Virus record (IMG/VR): IMGVR_UViG_2597489870_000003
Reading direction: 5' to 3' (one strand)
Length of the DNA stretch: 39,433 nucleotides
From: a virus
Taxonomy: Duplodnaviria; Heunggongvirae; Uroviricota; Caudoviricetes
Program-made: the position numbers and the translations under genes
The notes under the pieces: generated by a model
Told to the model about the DNA's origin: nothing
Database searches by the model: none
The model's input: only the letters and a program-made list of their open reading frames with translations
Shown: positions 7,425 through 16,269 of the stretch, one piece after another
Layout of the letters: each line of letters starts with the position of its first letter
How positions within the stretch are numbered: the stretch's first letter is position 1

Positions 7425-10218
7425 TATCCGGGTCGCTTTCAGCGCCGTTGACAGGCTGACCCGGCCTGCCGAAAACGCCCGCCGCCTGATGGGGCAGTTT
7501 GGTGACTCCATCCAGCGAACGCAGGGGGCGATCAAAAATCTCGAGCGTCAGGCGCGTTCATTTGAGCGCGCCCGCGACGCTGTCAGTAAAGCGGATGCGG
7601 GTATCGTGAAAGCACGACGCCAGCTTAACGCCCTTAATCAGTTACAACGCACGGGTACAGTGCTCAGCGAAAAGCAACAAAAGCTGATGCAGCAGTTAAG
7701 CACCCGGCTTGAACGCCTGAATGAATCGCGCATACGGGAAATTCAGAAAATGCGGGAGCTTGGCGGAGAGCTGAAACGCCACGGCATTTCCCTGACAGGC
7801 AGCGATAACACCATTCAACAGGCCATCAGGCGCACCGAACAGTACAACAACCAGCTTGAACGCGAACGGCAGTCGCTTGCGCGTGTAACGCGGGCGCGTG
7901 AGCGGTATTCGCGTGCGCAGGAAACAGCGGGAAAACTGAAAACAGGTGGTGTACTGGCAATTGGTGCGGCAGCGGCGGGCGGCTATGCTGCCGGGCGTTT
8001 TTTGCAGCCCGCAATCGGGTTCGGGAAAGAGATGTCCCGCGTTCAGGCGCTGACGCGAATCGACCAGAACAGCCCGCAGTTTAAGGCGCTGCGTGAGCAG
8101 GCGTTAAAACTTGGCTCTGAAACGCAGTTCACCGCAGGCGATGCCGCCAGTGGGCAGGCATTTCTTGCAATGGCTGGCTTCACACCGCAGGCCATTCAGG
8201 CTGCGCTTCCCGGCGTGTTGAGCATGGCAACGGCTGGCGGTATGGATCTCGGCGAGACGGCGGATATTGGCTCAAATATCCTGACGCAGTTCGGCCTTTC
8301 TGCTGACCAGATGGACCGGGTCGGTGACACACTCACTGCAGCGTTTACCCGTACCAACACTGACCTTCGCGCACTGGGCGAAACCATGAAATATGCCGGT
8401 CCGGTGGCGGGTAAGCTGGGAATATCGCTGGAGCAGGCTGCAGCGATGGCTGGCGTGCTGGCGAATATGGGTATCAGAGGGAGTGATGCCGGGACGGCAA
8501 TGCGTGCCAGCCTGGCTCGTCTGGCATCACCGCCAAAGGCAGCAGCAGAGGCGCTGAAAGAGCTGGGCGTGTCCGTTTCTGACGCGAACGGCAAAATGCG
8601 CCCGATGGAAGATCTGCTGGCTGACCTTTATAAAGCCACCCGCAAATACGGGGAAGTTGACCGGGTATCGTTCTTTAAGGATATTGCCGGAGAAGAGGCT
8701 TTCACATCATTTATGGCCCTCGTTGATGCGGCAGGTGACGGCTCCTTACCCAAACTGAGAAAAGAACTTGAAGGCGCGCGCGGTGAGGCTGAACGCACAG
8801 CAAAGGTTATGGCCAACAACCTTGACGGCGATCTGAAATCACTCGGCAGTGCATGGGAAGGGGTGCGCATCCGCATTGCAGATCTGATTGACGGTCCGCA
8901 GCGTTCTGTCACGCAGTGGCTCACGCGGGTGGTATCGAAGGTGACGGCGCTGGCGCAGGCCCATCCGGCACTGACGCGCCAGCTACTGGTTGCAGGCGGT
9001 GCTCTGCTGGCAATGACTGCAACCATAGGCTCGTTGTCGCTGGCTATTGGTGTGCTTGCTGGCCCACTGGCAAAACTGCGTCTTGGTTTTTCCCTCCTGA
9101 CCGGATCATTGAATGTTGTCAGGGTTCTGCCTGCATTATGGGGAATGGTGACGGGTTCCATTTCGTTACTGGGAGGCGCTATCGGGGCGCTGTTCAGTCC
9201 GGTCGGATTGATTGCTGCTGCGTTTGTGGCTGCGGCGGTTCTCATCTGGAAATACTGGGAACCCATCAAGGCGTTTTATGCAGGGGTGTTCAGTGGGATT
9301 ATGGAACGGCTGGCTCCGTTGCGCGAAACCTTTGAACGGTTTGGCCCTGTTTTTGACGCAATCGGAAGCGGGATCAGCCAGGTGTTTAACTGGTTTAAAT
9401 CGCTGCTGTCACCGATGGAGTCCAGTAAGGAAACGCTGGATAAATGTACCAGTGCTGGCGAGATATTCGGTAACGTTCTTGGCGGTGCGTTACAGCTTGT
9501 TCTGACACCTGCAAAAATGCTACTGGATACGCTGGCGTGGATACTTGAAAAACTTGGCGTCCTTCCGGATGAAGCTGAAAGGGCGCGCAAGAAAATCGAA
9601 GACGCACAGCGTGCGGCCATTCTTCAGGACAAGGTTGCCTTGCTTCAGGGGGACCTGGCGAAAATCAATCCGCCGAAGCCTGTGGAAAATGGCAATGGCA
9701 CCGGAGGTGATAAACCCAAAGACAACAAACCACTCACAGACAGCAATACCGGTACGCTACGCAGACTCAGCAAAATTGCTGATAACACAGGTAAGCTGGT
9801 TGATGAGACGAAAAAACGCATTGGCCCCGGTGATATTGTCTTTAAGAACCTGCCCCGCGCACTTGCTGTTCGTGGGGAGTGGCAGGAGCGGAAGATTGCG
9901 CAGGTCAGTAAGCCTGCCCCCGCAATTACTATCACACCCGTGGTTCCGGCTCCGCTGCCTCCGGCGCTGGTCCCTGTTGTTGCGGCCAGCTCCCGCCCGG
10001 TGGCGGAGGCTATACGATCGCCAGTGGCATCAGTTCCTGCAAATTCCCGTAACCGGGAGCCTGTTGCCTCCGGATTTGGCGGTGAAATTCATGTTCATCT
10101 GCATAACGTTGTTACACAGAATCCCCGCGAACTGGCGAAACTGGTCGGTGAAATGGTCAGGGCAGAAATGGAACGGCGCGTCCGTGCCGGACGTGGCAGT
10201 TTTTACGATAAAGATTGA
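7411..10218 (+). CDS. Tail tape measure protein (P2 gpT-like)
   Basis: About 935 aa, coiled-coil N-terminus, Gly/Ala-rich hydrophobic central segment, position after E/E'. Start could be 7375, 7402 or 7411. Confidence 0.9.
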   Translation: MKTLDIRVAFSAVDRLTRPAENARRLMGQFGDSIQRTQGAIKNLERQARSFERARDAVSKADAGIVKARRQLNALNQLQRTGTVLSEKQQKLMQQLSTRLERLNESRIREIQKMRELGGELKRHGISLTGSDNTIQQAIRRTEQYNNQLERERQSLARVTRARERYSRAQETAGKLKTGGVLAIGAAAAGGYAAGRFLQPAIGFGKEMSRVQALTRIDQNSPQFKALREQALKLGSETQFTAGDAASGQAFLAMAGFTPQAIQAALPGVLSMATAGGMDLGETADIGSNILTQFGLSADQMDRVGDTLTAAFTRTNTDLRALGETMKYAGPVAGKLGISLEQAAAMAGVLANMGIRGSDAGTAMRASLARLASPPKAAAEALKELGVSVSDANGKMRPMEDLLADLYKATRKYGEVDRVSFFKDIAGEEAFTSFMALVDAAGDGSLPKLRKELEGARGEAERTAKVMANNLDGDLKSLGSAWEGVRIRIADLIDGPQRSVTQWLTRVVSKVTALAQAHPALTRQLLVAGGALLAMTATIGSLSLAIGVLAGPLAKLRLGFSLLTGSLNVVRVLPALWGMVTGSISLLGGAIGALFSPVGLIAAAFVAAAVLIWKYWEPIKAFYAGVFSGIMERLAPLRETFERFGPVFDAIGSGISQVFNWFKSLLSPMESSKETLDKCTSAGEIFGNVLGGALQLVLTPAKMLLDTLAWILEKLGVLPDEAERARKKIEDAQRAAILQDKVALLQGDLAKINPPKPVENGNGTGGDKPKDNKPLTDSNTGTLRRLSKIADNTGKLVDETKKRIGPGDIVFKNLPRALAVRGEWQERKIAQVSKPAPAITITPVVPAPLPPALVPVVAASSRPVAEAIRSPVASVPANSRNREPVASGFGGEIHVHLHNVVTQNPRELAKLVGEMVRAEMERRVRAGRGSFYDKD

Positions 10219-10224
10219 GGAGTC

Positions 10225-10719
10225 ATGGCCATGATGATGATCTACGGCATGTTTGTTTTTGAGCTGCGCACATTGCCGCATCAGCAGTTACAGCAAAACA
10301 AAAGCTGGCGGCATGTGAAAAATGAGCGCGTAAACCGCTCAGCAAGCTGGCAGTATATCGGTGCAGGTGATGATCGCATCGTGCTTTCTGGCGTGCTTTA
10401 TCCTGAAATTACAGGTGGCGAAGTGTCGCTTTCGCTGCTGACCACGCAGGCATATACAGGACGCCCCTGGCCTCTGATTGATGGTGTCGGGCAGATTTAC
10501 GGCATGTATGTCCTGACCGGAACGAATACGACCCGTTCCGAGTTTGATCGCTACGGTAAGGCGAAAAAGATAGAATTTTCACTGACACTTGAACGCTGTG
10601 ATGAGGATTTGCGGGAGCGCCTGCAATCCTCATCATTCAGCGATATGCTGTCCGGCTTCAAAGATAAGGTGACATCATCTCTTAACAGCGCGGCCAGTTC
10701 AGTTAAAGGGATGTTCTGA
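10225..10719 (+). CDS. Tail protein (P2 gpU-like)
   Basis: 164 aa; MAMMMIYGMFVFELRTLPHQQLQ... matches the gpU N-terminus. Confidence 0.85.
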   Translation: MAMMMIYGMFVFELRTLPHQQLQQNKSWRHVKNERVNRSASWQYIGAGDDRIVLSGVLYPEITGGEVSLSLLTTQAYTGRPWPLIDGVGQIYGMYVLTGTNTTRSEFDRYGKAKKIEFSLTLERCDEDLRERLQSSSFSDMLSGFKDKVTSSLNSAASSVKGMF

Positions 10720-10726
10720 TTTAACA

Positions 10727-10765
10727 CAAAAACCGCTAATGGTCAGATTAGCGGTTATTTTGTTT
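10727..10765. terminator. Bidirectional terminator between gpU (+) and invertase (-)
   Basis: AAAAACCGCTAATGGTCAGATTAGCGGTTATTTTGTTT: stem flanked by A-run and T-run. Confidence 0.7.
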
Positions 10766-11342
10766 CCTGACTCTTCTCAATTGTTCCGCTTGGTTCTCCT
10801 GCGGGGTGGTAACGATAAATCGTCGATATACCAATGCCGTAAATTATTGCCAGTTGTTTTCTGTCGTGACCGTTTTTAATCAGCCTTGCTATTTGCTCAT
10901 GCTGTTCTTTTGTCAGCTTCGGTCGACGTCCGCCTGTGCGCCCCCGTGCGCGCGCTGCCGCCAGTCCGGCCAGTGTACGTTCAACAATTAATTCACGTTC
11001 CATTTCAGCCAGGGCCCCCATCACGTGGAAGAAAAAACGCCCCATTGGAGAAGATGTATCTATGCTGTCGGTCAGACTGCGAAAATTAATCCCTCGCTCC
11101 CGTAGTTCCCCGACGAGAGAAATCAGATGTTTCATGCTTCGCCCGAGGCGATCCAGTTTCCAGACAACCAGCGTGTCACCTTTTTGAAGGCGCTTTAAAG
11201 CGCGTTTTAATCCCGGTCGGTCTGTCTTTGTCCCGCTTAATTTATCTTCAAATATCTGTTCACATCCTGCACAAACAAGAGCGTTTCGTTGCAGGTCTGT
11301 ATTCTGGTCATTTGTTGATACCCTTACATAGCCAATCAGCAC
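10755..11342 (-). CDS. Serine recombinase, DNA invertase (Gin/Pin/Cin/Hin family)
   Basis: VLIGYVRVSTNDQNTDLQRNAL...VWKLDRLGRSMKHLISLV...C-terminal HTH (IGISTIYRY); catalytic Ser in the VRVST motif. Likely GTG start at 11342 (track ORF starts at a TTG at 11360). Confidence 0.92.
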   Translation of the reverse strand: MLIGYVRVSTNDQNTDLQRNALVCAGCEQIFEDKLSGTKTDRPGLKRALKRLQKGDTLVVWKLDRLGRSMKHLISLVGELRERGINFRSLTDSIDTSSPMGRFFFHVMGALAEMERELIVERTLAGLAAARARGRTGGRRPKLTKEQHEQIARLIKNGHDRKQLAIIYGIGISTIYRYHPAGEPSGTIEKSQETK

Positions 11343-11396
11343 ACTGAATCTCCCGTCCAAAAGCGCAAATCATGCCATGCAGGCCAGAAACGGCCA

Positions 11397-11422
11397 TTAT
11401 CTAAAACCTCGGTTTACAGGAA
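11397..11422. repeat. gix/hix-like 26-bp inversion crossover site (proximal to invertase)
   Basis: TTATCTAAAACCTCGGTTTACAGGAA; inverted partner at 14324-14349; close to the Gin/Hin crossover-site consensus. Confidence 0.85.
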
Positions 11423-11446
11423 ACGGTAAACAGGGCCAGGAACGCC

Positions 11447-12283
11447 GTGCAAAAGAATGGCGATACCTTGTCCGGTGGGCTTACTTTTGAAAACGACTCA
11501 ATCCTTGCCTGGATTCGAAATACTGACTGGGCGAAGATTGGATTTAAAAATGATGCCGACAGCGATACTGATTCATACATGTGGTTTGAAACAGGCGACA
11601 ACGGCAATGAATATTTCAAATGGAGAAGCAAACAAAGCACCACAACAAAAGACCTGATGACGCTGAAATGGGATGCACTAAATATTCTTGTTAATGCCGT
11701 CATTAATGGCAGCCTTGGAGTTGGTACGACGAATGCGTTAGGTGGTAGCTCTATTGTTCTTGGTGATAATGATACCGGATTTAAACAGAATGGAGACGGT
11801 ATTCTTGATGTTTACGCTAATAGTCAGCGAGTATTCCGCTTTCAGAATGGAGTTGCTATTGCTTTTAAAAACATTCAGGCAGGTGATAGTAAAAAAATCT
11901 CGCTATCCAGCTCCAACACCTCCACAAAGAATGTAACGTTTAATTTATGGGGTGCTTCAACCCGTCCAGTAGTTGCAGAGTTAGGCGATGAGGCAGGATG
12001 GCATTTCTATAGCCAGCGAAATACAGATAACTCGGTAATATTTTCTGTTAACGGTCAGATACAGCCCAGCAACTGGGGGAATTTTGATTCACGCTATGTA
12101 AAAGATGTTCGCCTGGGTACGCGAGTTGTTCAATTGATGGCGCGTGGTGGTCGTTATGAAAAAGCCGGACACGCAATTACCGGATTAAGAATCATTGGTG
12201 AAGTAGATGGCGATGATGAAGCCATCTTCAGACCAATACAAAAATACATCAATGGCACATGGTATAACGTAGCACAGGTGTAA
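11447..12283 (+). CDS. Alternative tail-fibre C-terminal (receptor-binding) cassette, currently unfused
   Basis: The frame stays open back into the crossover site (...LGLQETVN encoded at 11407-11430), so inversion would fuse it in frame to the constant N-terminal part of the fibre gene. Confidence 0.8.
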   Translation: MQKNGDTLSGGLTFENDSILAWIRNTDWAKIGFKNDADSDTDSYMWFETGDNGNEYFKWRSKQSTTTKDLMTLKWDALNILVNAVINGSLGVGTTNALGGSSIVLGDNDTGFKQNGDGILDVYANSQRVFRFQNGVAIAFKNIQAGDSKKISLSSSNTSTKNVTFNLWGASTRPVVAELGDEAGWHFYSQRNTDNSVIFSVNGQIQPSNWGNFDSRYVKDVRLGTRVVQLMARGGRYEKAGHAITGLRIIGEVDGDDEAIFRPIQKYINGTWYNVAQV

Positions 12284-12286
12284 ATT

Positions 12287-12814
12287 ATGCAGCATTTAAA
12301 AAATATTAAGTCAGGAAATCCAAAAACAAAAGAGCAATATCAGCTAACAAAGAATTTTGATGTTATCTGGTTATATACAGAAGACGGTAAAAACTGGTAT
12401 GAGGAAGTAAATAGCTTTCAGGAAGACACCATAAAGATTGTTTACGACGAAAATAATATTATTGTTGCCATAACCAAAGATGCCTCAACGCTTAATCCCG
12501 AAGGCTTTAGTGTCGTTGAGATTCCAGATATAACAGTCAATCGTCGTGCCGATGATTCAGGGAAGTGGATGTTTAAGGACGGAACTGTGGTTAAGCGGAT
12601 TTATACAGCAGACGAACAGCAACAACAGGCCGAATCACAAAAGGCCGCATTGCTTTCCGAAGCTGAATCAGTCATCCAGCCACTGGAACGCGCTGCCAGG
12701 CTGAATATGGCAACAGACGAGGAGCGCACACGACTGGAAGCATGGGAACGCTACAGTGTTCTGGTCAGCCGTGTGGATACGGCAAATCCTGAATGGCCAC
12801 AAAAGCCTGAATAA
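12287..12814 (+). CDS. Tail fibre assembly chaperone (alternative copy, gpG/U'-like)
   Basis: 175 aa; about 60% identical to the oppositely oriented paralogue at 12843-13376 ([22 protein letters not shown]...). Confidence 0.85.
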   Translation: MQHLKNIKSGNPKTKEQYQLTKNFDVIWLYTEDGKNWYEEVNSFQEDTIKIVYDENNIIVAITKDASTLNPEGFSVVEIPDITVNRRADDSGKWMFKDGTVVKRIYTADEQQQQAESQKAALLSEAESVIQPLERAARLNMATDEERTRLEAWERYSVLVSRVDTANPEWPQKPE

Positions 12815-12842
12815 AAATTAAGGCCCGCTATCGGGCCTTGTC
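12815..12842. terminator. Bidirectional terminator between the two convergent fibre-assembly genes
   Basis: AAGGCCCGCTATCGGGCCTT hairpin. Confidence 0.6.
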
Positions 12843-13376
12843 TCATTCAGGTTGTTCGGGAAATGTTACTGGCAGGCTGGAAGTGTCTGTAGATTCGACT
12901 TTCTGCGCAAAGAGTATCCACTCTGTTAATTTTTGTTTACTCTCGTCGGAAATGATGCCCAGCCGTAGCTGTGAGTCCCATAACTGGGTTTTATCCCTGA
13001 CAAGTTGCAACAGGCTTTGCTTTTCATTCTCTGCCTGCTGCCTCTGCTCTTCCCCGGTATAAGTTCGCTTTATCACTACGCCATCTTTGAACATCCATTT
13101 ACCCGAAATATCAGCCCGGCGATTTGCTGTAATATCAGGTAATTCAACGACGCTTGCGCCTTCTGGATTAATTGCTGAAACATCCTTTTCAATACAAATA
13201 ATAACGCCGTTACGGTCATAGACCATTTTCAACGTATCAGGCTGAAAGTTCTTTTGTTCCTCATACCAGTTTTTTCCATCATCTGAATAAAGCCATTTGA
13301 TGTTAAATTGTTTCGTTAGCTGGTATTGCTCTTTTGTTTTAGGGTTGCCAGCAGTAATGTTTTTTAAGTGCATCAT
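12843..13376 (-). CDS. Tail fibre assembly chaperone (P2 gpG-like), active orientation
   Basis: 177 aa directly downstream of the fibre gene. Confidence 0.88.
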   Translation of the reverse strand: MMHLKNITAGNPKTKEQYQLTKQFNIKWLYSDDGKNWYEEQKNFQPDTLKMVYDRNGVIICIEKDVSAINPEGASVVELPDITANRRADISGKWMFKDGVVIKRTYTGEEQRQQAENEKQSLLQLVRDKTQLWDSQLRLGIISDESKQKLTEWILFAQKVESTDTSSLPVTFPEQPE

Positions 13377-13378
13377 AA

Positions 13379-15736
13379 TTAAATACTCCCCGCGTTATAC
13401 CACCTTCCATTAATGCAATACTGAATTGGCCTTGCCTGAGTTGTATCAATTAATTCATCACGGTTTCCGTTAACTGAACCCGTAACGACATAACCTGACC
13501 TGTCAGACCAGCCGGGACCATTCCATGTCTGAACAGATGACAGACCGCCCAGGCGAATACCTGTAATAAACCTTGAGTTACATTCTGCCTGCGTATATGC
13601 ACCAACATCCCCCGCAGAGGGTTTGCGGGTTGTGGTGTAAAACTCTGACCAGTTAGCTTCAAAGCCATAACCATCACGCGCTGAACGATAAAAGATACCG
13701 CCGTTTTTATAATTCACGCGGAACTGTACAGCAGGGCAACTCCCCGCATTCATATTAAAGTGGAGGATTAATGTCGATGCGCCACTGATATCTGCATCAT
13801 AAACGCCGCTATTCCAGTTCCAGCCAACAGCTTTATCATTTGCAACCCTGCTTCCTGTTTGCCCTAAAGCAAATGCAGGCTGCTGGTTTTTCGTGTTGTA
13901 GTCTCGTCGCCAGCCAGGAGCATAAGCATCACCATGATTAATATAGGTGAATTGAGCGTTAGTAATTCCGCCACCGCTGGATGTACTCGGCGTAGTAACG
14001 CGTATGGTCATTGCGCCGCGAGTGCCAATAACTTCCACCACAGCACCTGCAAGACAAATATTTCCGCAACCTGTATCTGTAATGACCTTATTGTTTGCAT
14101 AAGCCCATGAGCCTTTGCACATCCAGTAAGGATGGTTAAATGCCCCCTGACTCTCCAGCCACGAAATGAATTGTGCGGTTGTCCAGGTCTGACTATCGCC
14201 ACCAATATTCAGCCATGCGCTATATGCGCGGCAGGCACCAATATTTTTGGTGAAGGTATCTTTTCCTGGAATATCTGCGCCGTTCTGTTTTTTCTGTAAT
14301 GCACCAGAAGCCTGATTTACCGTTTCCTGTAAACCGAGGTATTCGATAACAGCGGCAACGGTCGATTTCGCAAGAATATCCCGCCCGACTTTTGTCAGGG
14401 TTGCCAGGCTGGCGACATCATTCCCCGTAAAATACGGAAACTTGTCTGCCGCAGTAGCAAGCCCGGCCAGCGCCGTCAGGGTGGCATCTTTCGGTTGCTT
14501 ACCCGCAAGCGCTTTAGTCATGGTGGTCGCAAAATTCGGGTCGTTTCCCAGCGCCGCCGCTAACTCGTTCAACGTATTCAGTGCGTCAGGCGACGAGTCT
14601 ACAAGTGCGGCAATCGCGGCCATCACATAAGCCGTGCTTGCGATCTGAGTATTATTAGTCCCTTTTGGCGTTGTTGGCGTTCCGGTCAGTGCAGGACTGT
14701 TTAAGGGCGCTTTCTTGTTCGTTTCATCCATTACCGCCTTAACAGCTTTTGGCGTCGCAGCCAGCGTTTCAGATGTGCTGTTAGTGGCGCTACTGAGCTG
14801 AACTATCCCTTTTCGTGCCGTCGTTGCGTCCTGAGCGGTATATTTTGCGTTAGCAAGGTCATATGCGGCCTTTACTGCTTTCGGCGTTGCAGCCAGCGTT
14901 TCAGATGTGCTGTTAGTGGCGCTACTGAGCTGAACTATCCCTTTTCGCGCAGTGGTAGCGTCCTGTGCGGTGTATTTGCCATTAGCCAGGTCATATGCCG
15001 CCTTAACAGACTTTGGCGTTGCCGCAAGCGTTTCAGACGTGCTGTTGGTGGCGCTACTGAGCTGAACTATCCCTTTCCGCGCAGTGGTTGCGTCCTGTGC
15101 GGTGTATTTGCCATTAGCCAGGTCATATGCTGCCTTAACAGCCTTAGGTGTCGCAGCCAGCGTTTCAGATGTGCTGTTAGTGGCGCTGCTAAGTTGAACA
15201 AAGCCTTTTGCGGTCAGCGAGGCGTCCGGGTGACGTCGTGACTGTTCATGCTCTTTCAGTTTGTCATCCACGTAATCCACTGTGGCCATTACCATGGTGT
15301 TATCCACGGTAAGCGCCATAGTGGCAGTGCTGGATACGGTCAGAATGGTGCGAAATGTTTGTGCACGTCCTGACCCTTCGGCAACGGTTGGCTTGTAACT
15401 TTCGGCAGTATTGCCTACTGCGATTAAATCGCCGTGCTCATCAAACACACCAATTTCCCGGATCCAGAATCCGCCCGTTTCAGGAGGAATAACCAGCTCT
15501 GCAATAATGCGGTTCTGATGTGTTGCGTCCAGGATGACGCGATTAACAGTGTGTCGCCACACCTCATGCACAAGACGGGTCTGCTTACTGTCTGGCGAGG
15601 GCAACGTGCCGCCGCCGTCACCCACGGCCATATGAGTCAGGCGGACCGGTTTACCATCTGGTGTGGCTGCCTGCGCTAATTTTTTTTCACCCGTATCGGT
15701 GATAACGGTTTTAAATTTTCGTGTTGTGGTACTCAT
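13379..15736 (-). CDS. Tail fibre protein (P2 gpH-like) with invertible C-terminal domain
   Basis: 785 aa; N-terminus MSTTTRKFKTVITDTGEKKLA...MAVGDGGG matches P2 H; four 44-aa tandem repeats; crossover site lies inside the gene at 14324-14349. Confidence 0.93.
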   Translation of the reverse strand: MSTTTRKFKTVITDTGEKKLAQAATPDGKPVRLTHMAVGDGGGTLPSPDSKQTRLVHEVWRHTVNRVILDATHQNRIIAELVIPPETGGFWIREIGVFDEHGDLIAVGNTAESYKPTVAEGSGRAQTFRTILTVSSTATMALTVDNTMVMATVDYVDDKLKEHEQSRRHPDASLTAKGFVQLSSATNSTSETLAATPKAVKAAYDLANGKYTAQDATTARKGIVQLSSATNSTSETLAATPKSVKAAYDLANGKYTAQDATTARKGIVQLSSATNSTSETLAATPKAVKAAYDLANAKYTAQDATTARKGIVQLSSATNSTSETLAATPKAVKAVMDETNKKAPLNSPALTGTPTTPKGTNNTQIASTAYVMAAIAALVDSSPDALNTLNELAAALGNDPNFATTMTKALAGKQPKDATLTALAGLATAADKFPYFTGNDVASLATLTKVGRDILAKSTVAAVIEYLGLQETVNQASGALQKKQNGADIPGKDTFTKNIGACRAYSAWLNIGGDSQTWTTAQFISWLESQGAFNHPYWMCKGSWAYANNKVITDTGCGNICLAGAVVEVIGTRGAMTIRVTTPSTSSGGGITNAQFTYINHGDAYAPGWRRDYNTKNQQPAFALGQTGSRVANDKAVGWNWNSGVYDADISGASTLILHFNMNAGSCPAVQFRVNYKNGGIFYRSARDGYGFEANWSEFYTTTRKPSAGDVGAYTQAECNSRFITGIRLGGLSSVQTWNGPGWSDRSGYVVTGSVNGNRDELIDTTQARPIQYCINGRWYNAGSI
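14324..14349. repeat. gix/hix-like 26-bp inversion crossover site (inside tail fibre gene)
   Basis: TTCCTGTAAACCGAGGTATTCGATAA, the inverted partner of 11397-11422 (23 of 26 positions). Confidence 0.85.
14719..15246. repeat. Four tandem 132-bp coding repeats within the tail fibre gene
   Basis: AGCGTTTCAGA(T/C)GTGCTGTT(A/G)GTGGCGCT recurs at 14763, 14895, 15027 and 15159; encodes repeated QDATTARKGIVQLSSATNSTSETLAATPKAVKAAYDLANGKYTA. Confidence 0.9.
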
Positions 15737-15738
15737 GC

Positions 15739-16269
15739 TTAATCGTCCGGATAAATGGTAATGACTTCACCGTCGTAAGTTGCTGCCGCCGCGAAAATAT
15801 CCCCCGGAATTTCCTGAATGATATTCAGCCCTGTCATGTGGCGGCTGACTGGGCGGGCATCAGCAATCAACCGCTCCATTTCCAGATACATTTCCTCCGT
15901 CACGCCACTGTCCAGCGTGCCGACTTCAACGGTAAATGTTCCCGGTTCTCCGCCGAATTCCCACCACTCAGACACGCGAATGAGGTATCCCAGCGGCTCA
16001 ATGGCCCGGCGCAGTGCGCTGATGGTTCCCTTGTGTCGGTGTATCAGCCATGCATCACGAATAACCTGTCGCTTTGTCTCTTCCGGCCAGTTGCGATCCC
16101 AGCGGTCAACGGAAAATGCCCAGGCGAGATAAGGCAGCAGATGCACCGGGCAGGTGTCCGGTGACCACAGCGTGTTGAGGTCTACCGGGATGTCTGTAAT
16201 GCGCGCTCCGACAGCTTCGGCGCAACGCATGAAACTGCTGGCTGATGGCGGTAACAGTGAATTACTCAT
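15739..16269 (-). CDS. Baseplate assembly protein (P2 gpI-like)
   Basis: Size and position between J and H; start uncertain (track ORF extends to 16302). Confidence 0.8.
   Translation of the reverse strand: MSNSLLPPSASSFMRCAEAVGARITDIPVDLNTLWSPDTCPVHLLPYLAWAFSVDRWDRNWPEETKRQVIRDAWLIHRHKGTISALRRAIEPLGYLIRVSEWWEFGGEPGTFTVEVGTLDSGVTEEMYLEMERLIADARPVSRHMTGLNIIQEIPGDIFAAAATYDGEVITIYPDD

Larger units (their letters stand above)
11397..14349. other. Invertible tail-fibre host-range segment (G/C/P-segment analogue), about 2.95 kb
   Basis: Bounded by 26-bp inverted repeats; holds two divergent sets of fibre C-terminus plus assembly-chaperone genes; adjacent invertase gene. Confidence 0.85.

Noticed and set aside
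8628-9269. 213-aa minus-strand ORF (plus others at 7826-8014, 8196-8594, 8916-9335, 9276-9620, 9545-10234) inside the tape-measure gene
   Set aside because: Overlapping alternative-frame ORFs in GC-rich, repetitive tape-measure coding sequence; Ala/Arg/Pro/Ser-rich compositions typical of non-coding frames, and the plus-strand tape-measure frame accounts for the region
14719-15246. Possible CRISPR-like repeat array
   Set aside because: Repeats are 132 bp, directly adjacent with no spacers, and in frame within the fibre gene; these are coding tandem repeats
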